This document shows, piece by piece, positions 50,716 through 64,000 of a stretch of DNA of 64,000 nt (position 1 is the first letter of the stretch; each line of letters opens with the position of its first letter). The notes beneath the pieces are model-generated. The model worked only from the letters and a program-made list of their open reading frames with translations. It searched no databases and was not told the DNA's origin. The translations under genes were made by a program, and so were the position numbers. The DNA is from Azolla caroliniana (Eukaryota > Plantae > Polypodiophyta). Where the stretch lies: NCBI GenBank assembly GCA_043228905.1, contig JBHGNT010000021.1:11532001-11596000 (forward strand), in the 5' to 3' direction.

Positions 50716-51405
50716 TGTCGTAGTGTATTCCACACACTACGTGAAAACCATAAAATAATATATCCGAATTTAGATACATATAAATAAATAAATAATATAT
50801 CAAAAGAATTTATCACATGCATAGGGTAGGATTCAAACCATGCACCTCCATGTAGATAAACCCCAACTTTACCATTGTAATAACTTATCTTTAGTGTTAT
50901 AAATATAGATTTAATACGTATAAGACCTTTATTAAAAGGTAAAAATCATGTATTCTTTAGAGTGTGAATATTTTATTTACACGTGACATTAAAAGTGACT
51001 CATGCACATCTAGCGTGCACGAGCCTTATATTTAGGAAATGACAAAACATCACATGCACATTTAGTGTGCATGGGCACTTTAGGTGAAAAAGCATGAAGC
51101 CATGCTTAGCCTCTTCCATCTTTATATAAGGAGGAGAAAAATATGTATATGGTTGTTGATTAATATACAAGTTTTTGATCAATCTAATATATTCGTGGGA
51201 TTCACGAATTTTGCCATCTAATTGCTCTTATAATCTAAATATTGTTTTAAAATACACTAAACTCGTGGGATTCACGAGATTACTATCTTACTTCTCTTCC
51301 TATTATTCATAACTAGCCTTAAGTTGTATTCCTCTTCCTCCTAGTCCAAAACCTCGGCGGTTCCCACCCGACTCACGCAACGATCCGGAGCCGAAGGGCT
51401 CGACA
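50716..51405 (+). repeat. 3' LTR of element B
   Basis: Direct repeat of 44355-45044. Confidence 0.97.
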
Positions 51406-54400
51406 GCGTCTTGTGGTACCCTTGGTCGGTCATGAAGCATTCAAAATTTCAATACCATTGCCAGGAAGCTTGCTTCAATCCATATAAGCTCTTCCTCAAC
51501 CGGCACACCAGGTTCTCCTTTCCTTTCTCCACAAATCCTTCCGGATGTTGTATGTAGATCTCTTCCTCTAGATATCTCTCCATGCAAAAAAGCAATCTTG
51601 ACATCTAACTATTCTACTTCCAAATCTATGTTGGCTGCTATGCTCACCACCGTCTGAATCGACATCATCTTTACAACCGAGGCAAATATTCCATTGAAAT
51701 CCACACCCTTCTTCTACTGAAAGCCTTTCACCACGATTCGGGCTTTAAATCTGGGTGGATTCCCTCTTTTTCCTTGATTCAATTTGTATACCCACTTGTT
51801 CTGGAATGCCCTTTTCCCTTTTGACAACTCGGTCAACTCATACGTGTGGTTCTCATGCAAGGAATCCATCTCGTCTTGCATGGCACTCAACCACTTTCAG
51901 TTGTGGGTATCCTCTTTGCTTCTACGAAGCTTTTCGGGGGGGGGGGGGGGGGGGGGGGGGGCTTCTCTCTCTTAGACTGTATCACCTTCCTCCATTTGTT
52001 GGAGTCACCTCCGAATCAACCTCTTTTGTCGGTTCTTCATCGGAATTGAACTCGAATCCTCGTTCGGCCGATTGTCCTCTTTCAACCGGTTCCATTTGTT
52101 CCTCAGTCGGCTCTCTAAACCCTAAAGGGGTGGGTGGGATATGGATGATTGTCCGGTACCGATCCAACAAGTTATACGTAACACGCTAGTTGTGATCAGA
52201 TTGCCCTCTGAACCACTTAATACGTGTTCGATTTTTAATTACATGCATATGATTAATAGTTACAACATAGACGACAACAAGTACACAAAGGAGAAAATAG
52301 GATTAACAACAAAGCACACTTAATCTTGTATTACTTCCGTAAGATTTATACATCGATCCGGATCCTTTTATAAGCATCCAGTAAAGATTACAAAACGGTG
52401 CCTTTGCCCAGAACGTCTTGGACAACTTGGCATGTGCTAACATACTTCGGACCATCTCCATGATGGTCCAGTTCATCCTCTGGGCTAGCCCGTTGAGCTC
52501 TGGCGTTTTCGGAACTGTGTACTCGAGCCGGATTCCCTTCAATCGGCAGTACTCCTTGAACTTCTAATGGTATTCACCGCCATTGTTCGCTTGGACTGCT
52601 TTCAGCTTTCGGCCAGTCTCCCTCTCGGTTCTCACTTGGATTTCCTTGAGGACTAGCAATCAAGGAAATCAATCTGTCATGGGGAAGCTGATGGCAATGA
52701 GTAAGAATATCTATTCCACGACAGGTGTTGATTTCCTTGATGTTAACAATGAAGATCAACCCTTTTTATACATGTAGTGAAGCATGATAAGCATGCTCAT
52801 GCCAAGTCTTACATACTATAATATCAAGCATACTAATTCTTGCATGCCAAGTCTTACATACTCAGTCTTATATACCACCACTCTTTATACAAAGGTTTAA
52901 AATATAAAGTTTGTCTAGGAGAAATATATATATACAAGAACCTAAGGCTAAAATTCAAGTCGATGTTCATGTCACACACCCCAGCAAAATGGAGTAGCCA
53001 AAAGAAAGAATTAGCACATACTCGAGGTAGCATGTGCCATGATGCCTGAGAAGCACATGCCGATCTATTGCATCCATGGCCGTCTATCTCATGAACCGGT
53101 GCACCACCAATGGAGTGCATGAGCTAACTACATATGAGCTCTAGCCGCTAATAAAGATGTTTGCTATCTATAGAATGAATACTTATAAACTTGGAGTTGC
53201 TCAAAACAAAATGATCTTAAATCGAATTTTAACTGAAATGAGAATGTTTTTGGAGATGTTGGTTAAGATTTACACAAGATGTTTTGAGAACATTTTCTGA
53301 GTGGAAGATATGGATAAACATTGCAAGCTCAACTTTACCTTCTGGTCTGTGCGTGATTTACCTTAGGCTAAATTTTATTGGGTAAACTTTGCAGAGTCAA
53401 ACAGTCTTATAGTCTAACATTCTAACAATGTAACAGTCTAAAACTCTTTGGTGATCAAAATCTAAATACAAAAGCAATATACAATGCTGGTAAGAAGAAC
53501 TGTCTTGTGCATTAAACATGGATTCACGACCTTAAACAACATTAGTGTACTACATTCCAATGTGTAATTGACAACCATCCAATGTTATCAAAACATTCGA
53601 AATGCGCAAATGTGTATCTATATTTGAACACCAAAACATTGGTAATGCATGGTCTAGAAGAAAACTTACTATAACAAGAGACAACATTATATACCATTTT
53701 GCCATTGTAACGTATAAAAAAGAGTCCACCAAGAAGGAATTACTCATCCAAATCCTGTGTATAAAAAAGCTATCTTGTTTATTCTCCTAGTCGTTGTTTT
53801 TAGGATTCTCATCCAAATCCTATGCATTAGAAATTGCTCCAGATAGGCTGGCAATGGTGGGGTCCTCTAAAAGTTGACCATTGAGCTCAATTGGCTCCCC
53901 AACCAATGGAAGAATCGGCTCACGAGAAACATTTTGAAAACGTTTAGTATCGACGATCTGCTTTGCCCCAACATCCTCATCTTCATCCAGGCATTCCCAC
54001 AACGCTTTGAAAACTTACTTGCTCCTCGTCCTTCTCCAATGCAACAGAATTGAAAAGATTTTCAACGCACATGCTGATGTTGTGCATGTTACATAGTACA
54101 GAAATGACTTGCTTCATAAGAAGTATCGATCAACCTATACCATAATGATCAATTAAAATAAGGCGAACATACCCATGCTAGAGAATAAGTCCAATATTCA
54201 ATCCCCTTTGCTTGAGAACATCTTGATAAGGCACATTATCAGACGTTGGGGCTTTTGGTAAGGATTTACAAGACCACGTTCCATTGTGGTGACATGTCTC
54301 AACTTACGAGTCACTATAGGATAAACAAGCATATTAGAACCCCCCCAACCTCATTCGAAAGCTCCTTTATCCGTTGTTTTCGTATTTCATCGAAATAGCC

Positions 54401-54436
54401 AACTATGATGTATTCAATTGCATTGACAAACCGAAA

Positions 54437-55345
54437 TGTCGGTCCTCTATTTACGTTGGTCTTAATCCTGCCAAGTTAAAATCCAGAAACCATAATTGCC
54501 AGAACCAAGAATAAAAGATAGAGTGATGGAAGAAGGATATAAGAGAACACAAGAAGAAAGGAACGAAATGATTAGACAAGAATGAGTGTATAAGAGAGAA
54601 AGAGAAAGAATATGCAATGAGAGTTAAAGACTGGTGTTGATTCGAATTGATTTGAGAAGACATGTTATGTCTTTATTTATAGGTTCCTATACAATAGCTT
54701 GGAGATTTCTATAATGTTCTAGAATGTTCTTGACCTAGAATATTCTAAGATGTTCTAGGAAATACTAGAACATTCTAGAATGATCCAGATTTTTTACAAT
54801 AATCAATATATTACAAAAGTAGCTTTTATCCTCTGATATGACAATAAGTTATCTTAATGGTTAGGGTTTTCAATTATGGATTACACGATCCTAGGTTTAA
54901 GTCCAAGTGATGCCGTAATGGTCATGTGTTCATGACACTATCCCTCCTTCAAGAACAACGAATGGAAGTTGGTCAACATTGTAGGGTTGGGTTTGTTTAG
55001 ATAGTGGCTATGGAAGTCGTCGGCAAGAGCTTGAGCATTACAAACGTTATCGACAAGTTCCCAAGTGTGATCACTTGGAGGATAGCCAAGCCAATCGACA
55101 AGATAATAGAGCTTATTGTGCACAATCTTAGAATCAAGAATAGAAACTACCTTGTATTCAGGGCCGTCATCAAGTTGGATACAAAGCAGAGGTGGCACGA
55201 CACGGTTAGGAATTCAAGAGGTGCAGCAAGGTTGCAAAAGAGAGCTATGAAAGACTGGGTGAAGCCGCATGTGTGCAGGAAGGTTAAGACGAAATGTTGC
55301 ATCATTAATCTGCGATGCGATTACCAAAGGGCCTAAGCGTTGTGT
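54437..55345 (-). mobile_element. Truncated older Tcn1-like chromovirus 3' end (element D): integrase tail, chromodomain, PPT, LTR ~54437-54937
   Basis: GPEYKVVSILDSKIVHNKLYYLVDWLGY..TWE closely matches element A; PPT AAGGAGGGATAG; LTR starts TGTCATG like A and shares AAGACTGGTGTTGA. Confidence 0.88.
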
Positions 55346-56248
55346 TGAGAATCGAACTCAACTTCCCCAATGAACTGCTTTCACACTAGCCAATAGACAT
55401 ACTAGGCTAGTTTTGTAAATATTAGAAAGGGTAGTTGCCCTAGACTAGTTGGTATTTAAACCAACCTTTTGTAACTTAGTTACTGTTGGATGTAATTTTA
55501 TTTTTTCACAAATATAGCATCTTGTTCTAAGCTCTCTCTCTCTCTCTCTCTCTCTCGACTTCCTAGAATTGCTTGGGAAGCAAGCGAAAAGATCCAAAAG
55601 ACGTATAAAAGCAAAATTTTGTGTTCTGGTTGGATGCAAGATATAGAAAAATGGTTTGGTAGATGGGATGTGAGACACTTGCTTCATGATGCATCATTAG
55701 ATTCCTTTGTAAATAAGGCCTTTTTGCAATGCGAATGTATCATAACATGGGACAAATGTGGAGGCTCACGCTTCACACATTATACTACACATGTTGCACC
55801 TAACTACAAAACCATATTCTTTGCGGAACGGGGAAATCGTACACATCGATACATGTTAGAGCCCATACCGTTATTTGCCATTTGAACCATTTCTTCCATG
55901 CGACTAAGCTCACATGCATTGCGATGTGAGACATAGCGTTAGGGCACAAATGATGAGAGTGGTTATCTATGCACCCTTTTCCCTAAACAAGTTCGCGAGT
56001 CTGAGTATCACACTTTGATACAAAGCTCTGCCTTTAATCATATTCGACCATGCTTTCCACATCTCTTTGATCGAGCCCAATCCTTGCATGAATTCCTCTC
56101 ACAACCACAATGTGCACTCTCGATTGCAACATTCATTGGTAAAGTTCTTGAACATCGAGAGTCACTACTCACTTTCACATGTATCACGTGAAATGTAATA
56201 TTTTTGGTCTCATAGGTCATATTTGACCTCCGAAGACGACAATATAGT

Positions 56249-56259
<11 letters not shown>

Positions 56260-56282
<23 letters not shown>

Positions 56283-56711
56283 CTCTGTGCTTGTCTTACG
56301 TACACTTACACACATACAATCTATCTCCATTGCACATCATCTCCTACACTCACATTTTCTTACATGGTATTAAGGTGCGTGGTTTTCTGATCGAGCTTAT
56401 TCAACTGTGTTGTCCTACACACCGATGATCAATAGAACCTATTCAACAACAGAGAAGAAATCGACACCATGAATACTCAGATGGGAAGTGCTCTTCCTCT
56501 GGAAAAGCTCGATAGAACAAACTTCGCATCCTACAAATACAAGATGCATCAGTACCTTGTCGAACAAGGTTATTGGACTTATATTGAGGGAGCTCACGAA
56601 ATGCAACCCAACCCGACACACGTCGACTACCCAGCCTGTTGAGCAGGCCGCAAGTCATGTGTTGTATTGCCTCGCATCATGCGTTCATGATCATATGCTC
56701 GGCTACATTCG
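56260..56711 (+). mobile_element. Copia LTR remnant, PBS and gag; resumes at 61190-61660 after nested element F
   Basis: TGGTATTAAGG at ~56365; LYCLASCVHDHMLGYIR (same family as 1029-1379); continues WANLKKIF-like after 61190. Confidence 0.8.
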
Positions 56712-59700
56712 TGTCAGGAATAGTGCAGAATACTGCTCGGCCATGACCGAGTCTTGAATTACTTCGATAAGAGTGCAACACAGGAATGGAATAGACGTAC
56801 ACACAAAAGAGAGTACCTAGGATGTTTATGTGGAAAACCCTAAATGGGAAAAACCACGGGAGCCCACAAACTCCAACTATCACTATGAAGAAAAGAGGGT
56901 ACAATCAGAAACTTGGAGGCAATGATCCCGAGCTCTATTTCCTCACCAACCGGCAGTTACAACAGAGTATTTCTCTATATCTCACTCTCTCTCTCAGTCG
57001 CTCTCGCTCTGTACAACAATATATAACAACAATAATAACAACACACACACAAAGTGATTGCCCTAAGTCATATTTATACGTATATGAACTTAGGGCTATT
57101 TACAAATATAGCCTCAATAGGCTTGCTCAAGACATATTTACGAATATGTCTCTCTTCCAGTTCTCACCGCGTCCTCTTCATTCATCATCGGGTCCCATCC
57201 GGAGAGTCCGATTTCCCAACAATCTCCCCCTTCACTCCGGCATCGGATGTCTTGTCAGCCCGATCTGCTTTCGGCACACGGCTAGCTTGTCGGTTGTCAA
57301 CACCTTGGTCAGCATATCCGACCCGTTCTCCTCCGTGTGGATCTTCGTCGGCACGAACTCTTGTTTTTTTACTTTCTCTGGGATCCAGTGGTACCTCCAC
57401 TGGATATGTTTCATCCGGGAATGGTAGGCCGCATTCTTTGCAAGGTGGATGGTGCTTTGACTATCACAGTAGAGCCGGTATTCCTCCTGTTGGATCCCTA
57501 GCTCTCCGATGAAGTCCTTCATCTAGATTATCTCCTTGTCGGCTTCTACAGTTGCCATGTACTCCTCCTTCATGGTTGACAATGCAACCGTCTTCTGCAG
57601 CCTCAATTGCCACGAAACAACTCCCCCTGCATAAGTCATGACATATCCGGATATAGACCAGCTAGTATCTGCATCAGCTAACATATCCGAATCCGTGAAA
57701 CCATTGAGTTGGGGTTTTCTAGAGCCAAACCGGAGGAGGCACATACTCGACGTGCCTTTCAGATACCAGAGTATCCACTTGACCGCATTCTAGTGCTCTC
57801 TTCCGGGATTGCTCATGAACCGGTTCACCATTCCGACTGCTTATCCGATATCCGGTCGGGTACACACCATCGCATACATCAAGTTCCCGACGACAGAGGC
57901 ATATGGTATCTTTATCATATCCGTCTTCTCCGCCTTTGTCCTCTGGCTTTGTTTTCCGAATAGCTTGCAGTTTGCCGAAAGTGTCGATCCGACCGGTTTC
58001 GCCTCCGACATGTTTAACCGTTGAAGCACCTTTGTCACATACTTTTCCTGTGACAACCACAACAGCTTCTTCGACCAGTCTTGGATGATGTGTATTCCTA
58101 ATATTTGTCTTGTTGGCCCCAAGTCTTTCATTGTGAAGGTTCGGTTGAGAGCCTTCTTCAGCATCCGAATCTTGCCTTGGTCTCGTCCAACGATCAACAT
58201 ATCATCCACATATAGGAGTATAAGGAAACCTCCTCCATCAAATTTCTTCACAAACACGCAGTGATCGGCCTGCGTCTTGTGGTACCCTTGGTCATTCATG
58301 AAGGAGTCAAACTTCCGATACCATTGCCGGGGAGCTTGCTTCAGTCCGTATAGGCTCTTCTTCAGCCGGCACACCAGGTGCCCCTTCTCTTTCCTCTCAA
58401 ATCCTTCCAGTTGATGCATGTAGAATGTCGTCCTGACGTCCAGTTGCTCTACCTCAAGGTCCATGCTTGCCACTATGCCCAATACCGTCCGAATGGATGT
58501 CATCTTTACTACTGGGGCAAAGATCTCATCGAAGACCACTCCTTTCTTTTGCTGGAAGCCCTTCACCGCGATTCAGGCCTTATACCTGGGTGGATTTCCG
58601 GCATCTCCTAGTTTCAACTTGTACACCCACTTGTTCCGGAGTGCTCTCTTCCCTTTCGACAACTTTGTCAGTTCATATGTGTGGTTCTCATGCAGGGAAT
58701 CCATCTCATCCTGCATGGCACTCAACCACTTGCGGTTGTGGGTGTCTCGCTTTGCTTTTTCGAAGCTTTCCGGCTCCCCCTCATCGGTTAGCAACACATG
58801 CTTTGCATTCGGAAATCTCCGGGGGGGCTCTTCTCTCTCGAAGAGGATATCTCCATCCTTGGTTTCTAACTGTCGGTTCCTCCGTTTGTTCCTCATCCGA
58901 ATCTGATTCGGGATCTTGTCTGGGTCCGGTGTCTTCTTCTTCTTCTTTGGTTGGTTCGGTTTCTTGTCCATATCCGGCCGGTTTGTCGAGTGTCATCCGG
59001 TTACCAGCTACCGTCCCATTTTCAAACGGGTAAGTCCTTGTGTCCTCAAACCGGTTTTCATTGAATGATCCAGAGTTCTTCTTCTCCGACTCCTAGTCGG
59101 CAATGGTCTTGTCTTCCATGAAGACTATGTCCCGACTCCGGAACACCTTCTTGTCGACTAGATCCCACAACTGGTAACCGAACTCATCATCGCCGTATCC
59201 AAAGAATATGCATGGCATGGACTTCAGATCCAGCTTTGCTCTCTTGTCCTTTGCAACATGCACATATGCGAGAAACCCGAACACCTTCAGATGCTTTCTA
59301 AGGTGAGTCTCCTTCCAAGGGTGCTGAGGGTGATCTATTTATCACATAGGTCGCCGTCGTAAGTGCCTCAGCCCAAAACATCTTGGATAACTTTCCATGT
59401 GCTAGTATGCTCCAGACTCTCTCCATTATGGTCCAGTTCATCCTTTCGGCCAGCCTGTTTAGTTCTGGCGTCTTCGGCACAATAAACTTGAGCCAGATTC
59501 CCTTCAATCGACAGTACTCCTCAAACTGCCCCCGATATTCTCCTCCGTTATCTGCTCGAATTGCCTTCAGCTTCTGGCCAGTTTCTCTTTCTACTCTCGC
59601 GTGGAGCTCCTTGAAGACGGATAGCACCTGATCCTTCGTCTTCAATGGTGAGACCCACAGCTTCCGGTTGTGGTCATCTATGAACGTCACAAAGTACTAC

Positions 59701-61185
59701 GATCCGATATGTGACTTCATGTCCACTTGACACACATCGGTATGCACCAGCTCCGGTGGTGCATTCGGTCTCATCGGTGGTCTTGACCGGACATCCTTCA
59801 GCATCAATTTGCATCCGGTTGATGTCGTCAACAACACATCTCATATGCCGATAATTCGGCATGTACCTTCATTCTCCATCCGGATACAACCATGATCATC
59901 GGCTGTGTAGGATGAGAAGCATTTCCGATCCGGTGTCAAGTGGAACGACGCTTCAGAATCGACAACCCATGTTGTGTCGTCACCAACAAGGTTTAACTCA
60001 TTCTCTTCGGTAATGAGCATTAGTTCTTCTTCATTGTCGCGATTGCTGATGATCCCTTCCGATCTGGGCCTCTCCGATCCGAACCGTTTTGATCGGAACT
60101 CTTCTTCAAATCAGTAGTGCCAGTTTCTTTCTCCTTCCGGAAATGCCGACAGTTCTTCTAGAAGTGTCTCGGCTTCCCACAATAGAAGCACGTGGGACTC
60201 CCCCTTGATTTCGATCTCGTCCCCGATTTTTCCTGGTTTTGGGGACTCCGATAGCGGCCTCGTCTCCAGTTGTGGTCATCTTTCGTGACCAGGGCCTTCG
60301 GATCGGTTCCGGACTCCCGGTCCTTTTGGTGAGCTTCTTCATCTAGTAAGCTTGATTTTACTCTTGCTAGGGACAAATGTTTTCCTTCCGGCCTGGCGTT
60401 GCCTAACGTGACAACTAACGAATGTCTCCCAGCTATCCGGGAGGGAACCGAGCAGGAGCAATGTGAGTACCTCATCAGTGTGAGGTACTTCCAACGAGGT
60501 TGCTGGATGTATCAGCCCCTAGAAGGCATTCATGTGCTCTGCCATACTGGAGCCGTCCTGGTACCGGAGCCTCACTAGCTTCCGGAATACTAAAACCCGA
60601 TTAACCACATTCTTGTTCTGGAACATGATGTCGATCTTCTCCCAAAGTTCATGAGCCTTGCTCTCTTCATTGAAGTTGTTGTACATGCTCATGTTGATGA
60701 AGCACCGGATGTATGCCGTCAGCATCACCTCCCACACTTCGGCATCGATCTTATCTGGTCTCTTGTCCCCAAACTGAATTGGCAACCAAAGATCTTTAAT
60801 CACCAATATATCCCTCATCTTCAACTTCCACACTGAGTAGTTGGAGCCGGTGAGCTTGAACATGCCGCCGAACGATTCTTCCATTTCATGTGTTGTTCGC
60901 TCTGATACCAGTTTGTCAAGAATAGCGCGGAATACTGCTCGGCCACCATCGAGTCTTCAATTACTTCGATAAGAGTGCAAGACAGGAATGGAATAGACGT
61001 AAACACAAAAAAGAGTACACAGGATGTTGACGTGGAAAACCCTAAATGGGAAAAACCATAGGAGCCCATAGATTCTAACTATCACTATGAAGAAAAGAGG
61101 GTACAATCAGAGACTTGGACGCAACGACCTCGAGCTCTGTTTCTTTGCCAACCGGCGGTTACAACAGAGTATTTCTCTGTATCTT
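56712..61185 (-). mobile_element. Near-complete degraded copia, Tnt1/Tork-like (element F)
   Basis: 3' LTR 56712-57221 with PPT AGGGGGAGAT; truncated 5' LTR from 60914; PBS TGGTATCAGAG at 60900-60910; gag MFKLTGSNYSVWK, CFYCGKPRH, RADNGGEY, LLYVDDML. Confidence 0.93.
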
Positions 61186-61660
61186 ACAAAGTTTGGGCCA
61201 ACCTCAAGAAAATCTTCGCAGCCAACATTGTGGCCGTGTTGGCTGTGAAGATTTTCTTGTCATCATTGACAATGATGAAATGGTGCAAATATGCCTCAGC
61301 GAATTAGCACCATGATTCAACATGATTAGATTGGTCATTCTCGCAAGGGAGAATCCTCCTTTCTTTTTCAACCTTCAGTCGAAACTATCGATGGAAGAAA
61401 ATGATGCCCAACAAAGGAGCAATGCACCTGATGGTCAGATACTCTACTCCCAGTCCAATGATGAATGAGGATTTTGTTGAGGAAACAGAGGCCGATAGGG
61501 TCAGTCGTCCCGAGAACGCAATTCCCATCATTGGCACGAGGCCATAAACACTCCTAGGGAATTCGATAGAAGGGGGAGCCATCCTACCGGACCAAGCCAC
61601 CAAAACAGCTCAATTGAATGCAGGTATTGTGAAAAAGTCGGCCAATACAAAGAGTGTTAG

Positions 61661-62935
61661 AGTTATGATCTAACGTAAGCATATGATAATGATAAAACAT
61701 ATATGAAATAAGAAAGGAGAAAGAGAAAGAAGGGAGCTGATCCACCCAACCACCCTCGAGCGAAGGGATCGAGACGGACTTGAGCGTTGATCGATATCCC
61801 ATACCACCGCCGTGGCGTCGAGTTATACCTGGTGTTGGCGCGCTCGCTACAAGAGTTCACCCACCTCAAGAACAGAATCTCGACATAGTCAAGAGATGAT
61901 AAAATGAGGGTAGCTAGGCCTCATATTTATAGCGAAACCCAAGGCCCCCAGGCAAGTTCACACTTGGCCTAATGGGTTGTCTCAATCCCAAGGATTAAAA
62001 GTAATCCTCCCCTTCTTTACACTCTCGTTTAACCCTCACACTTATCCACATGTATAGAATACTACGTTAAATTCTCACCACGGGATATTATATAGTTATG
62101 CCCATAACATACTGCCCCCCTCTCTAAAACATTGCACTCTTGCACTGGAAAGTTAGGGAAGTTAGTTCTAAGAGTATTTTTGCATTCCCATGTGGCATCT
62201 TTGATAGATTTATCCATCCATTTAATTTTAAATTCACGGATTATTTTAGTACGTAGATTTTTTGTTATAACATCGAGAATTCTTTCTGGTACATGTCGTT
62301 TAGAAGATAATTCTTCAGAAGTAACTAGAGTTTCAGTTGTAACTATATTGTCGCAAGAACCTAAAAGTTCTTTTAGATGACTTACATGAAAAATGGGATG
62401 AATTTCAACGCCATCGGGAAGAGCGAGACGATAGGCTAATGAACCAATGCGTTTGAGGACTTGAAAAGGTTCACAAAACCATGGGGCTAACTTCGCGCAC
62501 TTACCCGTACACAATGTCTTAGAATTGTGAGGTACACGTAAAAATACCTTCTGTCCAGGGTTGCATACACAAGGTTACCTATTATGATTGATGTAAAAAC
62601 GCGCTCTATCTTGAGCTATTTCTATATTACCTCGTGCAATATACAACATACCTTGCATATCCCGAAGAAGGTTTTGCGTACTTCGCAACTCAACATGATG
62701 AATATTAACATCAATTGGGGCACGTGGCTGAAAAACCATACATCAACATAAAACGACTATATCCCGTTGACGTATGCTTGGAGCTATTATAACCAAACTC
62801 CAAAATTGGGAGATAACGTTCCCATTTTGCTGGTTTTGCACTAACGTATGCTCGAAGCATGTGCTCAATAATTTGATTTACTCGTTGTGTCTATCCATTG
62901 GATTGAGGATGATCCGTTGAGCAGATGCTAAACGT
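61661..62935 (-). mobile_element. Truncated gypsy chromovirus 3' end (element E): integrase tail, chromodomain, PPT, LTR ~61661-62109
   Basis: STDHPQSNG; KLAPWFCEPF..AYRLALP..IHPIFHVS; PERILD..KIKW..ATWE; PPT AGAGAGGGGGGCAGTA before TGTTA at 62109. Confidence 0.85.
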
Positions 62936-64000
62936 TGTCGTGATGTGGTGGGCTCGAGAGTAGGAAACCCCCCTTCTTTTTTTCCTATAAAAGGAGGTCG
63001 AGGGGGGCTCATTGGGGGGGACGTTTTGGGAGGAGGACACTATCGTCATTTTTCCTTCGGAGCTCTTCATCTTCTTCTTCACCACTTTGCTTCATCTCAT
63101 ACCCCGTCATCCTCTCATTGCCATGTGCTCGTCTTCTTTGCATTGGCACTCGAAGTGCTCGTTTACGGTGCTCGTGAGCCAGAGCTTCATTGGTTCGACA
63201 TTGCTTCGCCTCGTTCATTGTTGCAAACCCGTGTGCTCACCTCGCCGTTCGAGTGGTCGTGGTTCTTTGGGGTTGGCATTTTTGTGGTGGTCGTGTGTTC
63301 GTCTTCTTCGTCTTTGTCTTCGTCGTCTTCGTGCTCCGTGTTTGGATTTGCTCGTCTCTAAGGGCATTTAGTATTTATGTTTTGTGGAGCTTGTGGTTAA
63401 CTACAAGTTGCCACATTATAATCAAACCCTATTTTATAAAGGGCCCTCCTGCGTTGGAATTGAACACGTATTTATTTCTTTAGCCAATATCATTTGTTTT
63501 TTCTTTTTCTTTTTTTCTTTCTTTGTTCTCGTCCACTTGTACGTTCAGTCGTCTTGTGACGAGGGAGCATTTCGGGCGTGCCCATGCACCTCTCCTCATA
63601 AGGGCATACGAGCATTCTTGCGTGTGTTTGTGTCTTCCTTGTACGTTCGTTCGTCTTGTGACGAGGGAGCATTTCGGGCGTGCCCATGCACCTCGCCTCC
63701 TTATAAAGGCGTACGAGCATTTGTTTGTGTGCTTGTGTCTTCCTTGTACAATCGGTCGTCTTGTGACAAGGGAGCGTTTTGGGCGTGCCCATGCACTTCT
63801 CCTCCTCATAAAGGCGTACGAGCATTTTGTGCCTGTGTTCATGTCTTCATTGTATGTTCGCCCGTTTTGTGCTGAAGGAGCGTTTCGGGTGTGCCCATGC
63901 ACCTCTCCTCCTCATAAAGGTGTACGAGCATTCTTGTGTGTGTTTGTGTCTTCCTTGTACGTTCGGCCGTCTTGTGACGAGGGAGCATTTCGGGCGTACC
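62936..64000 (+). mobile_element. Probable LTR of another element inserted into element E, truncated by the window end
   Basis: Integrase frame of E is cut abruptly at TGTCGTG (62936); TATA box CTATAAAAGG at ~62986; pyrimidine-rich leader. Confidence 0.5.
63539..64000. repeat. ~105-bp tandem repeat, at least 4.4 copies
   Basis: Unit starts at ~63539, 63641, 63746, 63852 and 63957; core GAGGGAGCATTTCGGGCGTGCCCATGCAC. Confidence 0.93.

Larger units (their letters stand above)
44355..51405 (+). mobile_element. Full-length young non-chromovirus Ty3/gypsy (element B), coding-defective
   Basis: 690-bp LTRs TGTCG..CGACA with one mismatch seen (44834 vs 51195); 4-bp TSD GCGT; tRNA-Trp PBS; PPT GGAGGGGGCGAG at 50704-50715. 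Confidence 0.97.
43470..52660 (-). mobile_element. Degraded copia pol (host of element B)
   Basis: RT sequence GYHKTQADHCVF is split at GCGT (44351-44354 and 51406-51409); integrase remnant at 52405-52650; LTR fragment inserted at 52125-52404. Confidence 0.88.

Noticed and set aside
61965-61975. Perfect A-box TGGCCTAATGG in the LTR of element E
   Set aside because: No B-box at the expected distance, so not counted as a further module.

Overview
Eukaryotic, plant-type heterochromatic window with no recognisable host gene. It is almost entirely nested LTR retrotransposons; a Tcn1-type chromovirus suggests a non-seed plant such as a fern or lycophyte (inference). It holds about a dozen decayed Ty1/copia fragments and two young full-length Ty3/gypsy insertions. 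Element A (7541-13215, minus) is a Tcn1-like chromovirus with apparently identical 433-bp LTRs, TSD CCTGC and Tf1-like self-priming. Element B (44355-51405, plus) is a non-chromovirus gypsy with 690-bp LTRs, TSD GCGT, a tRNA-Trp PBS and a -1 frameshift pseudoknot. There are also older relatives of both, a probable Mutator-like terminus with an ~85-bp satellite, and a ~105-bp tandem array. The most striking unexplained signal is a tRNA-like Pol III module (A-box plus B-box at tRNA spacing), always antisense, in the U3 of LTRs from four elements of two distant gypsy lineages. All alignments were done by eye, and boundaries of degraded elements are approximate.
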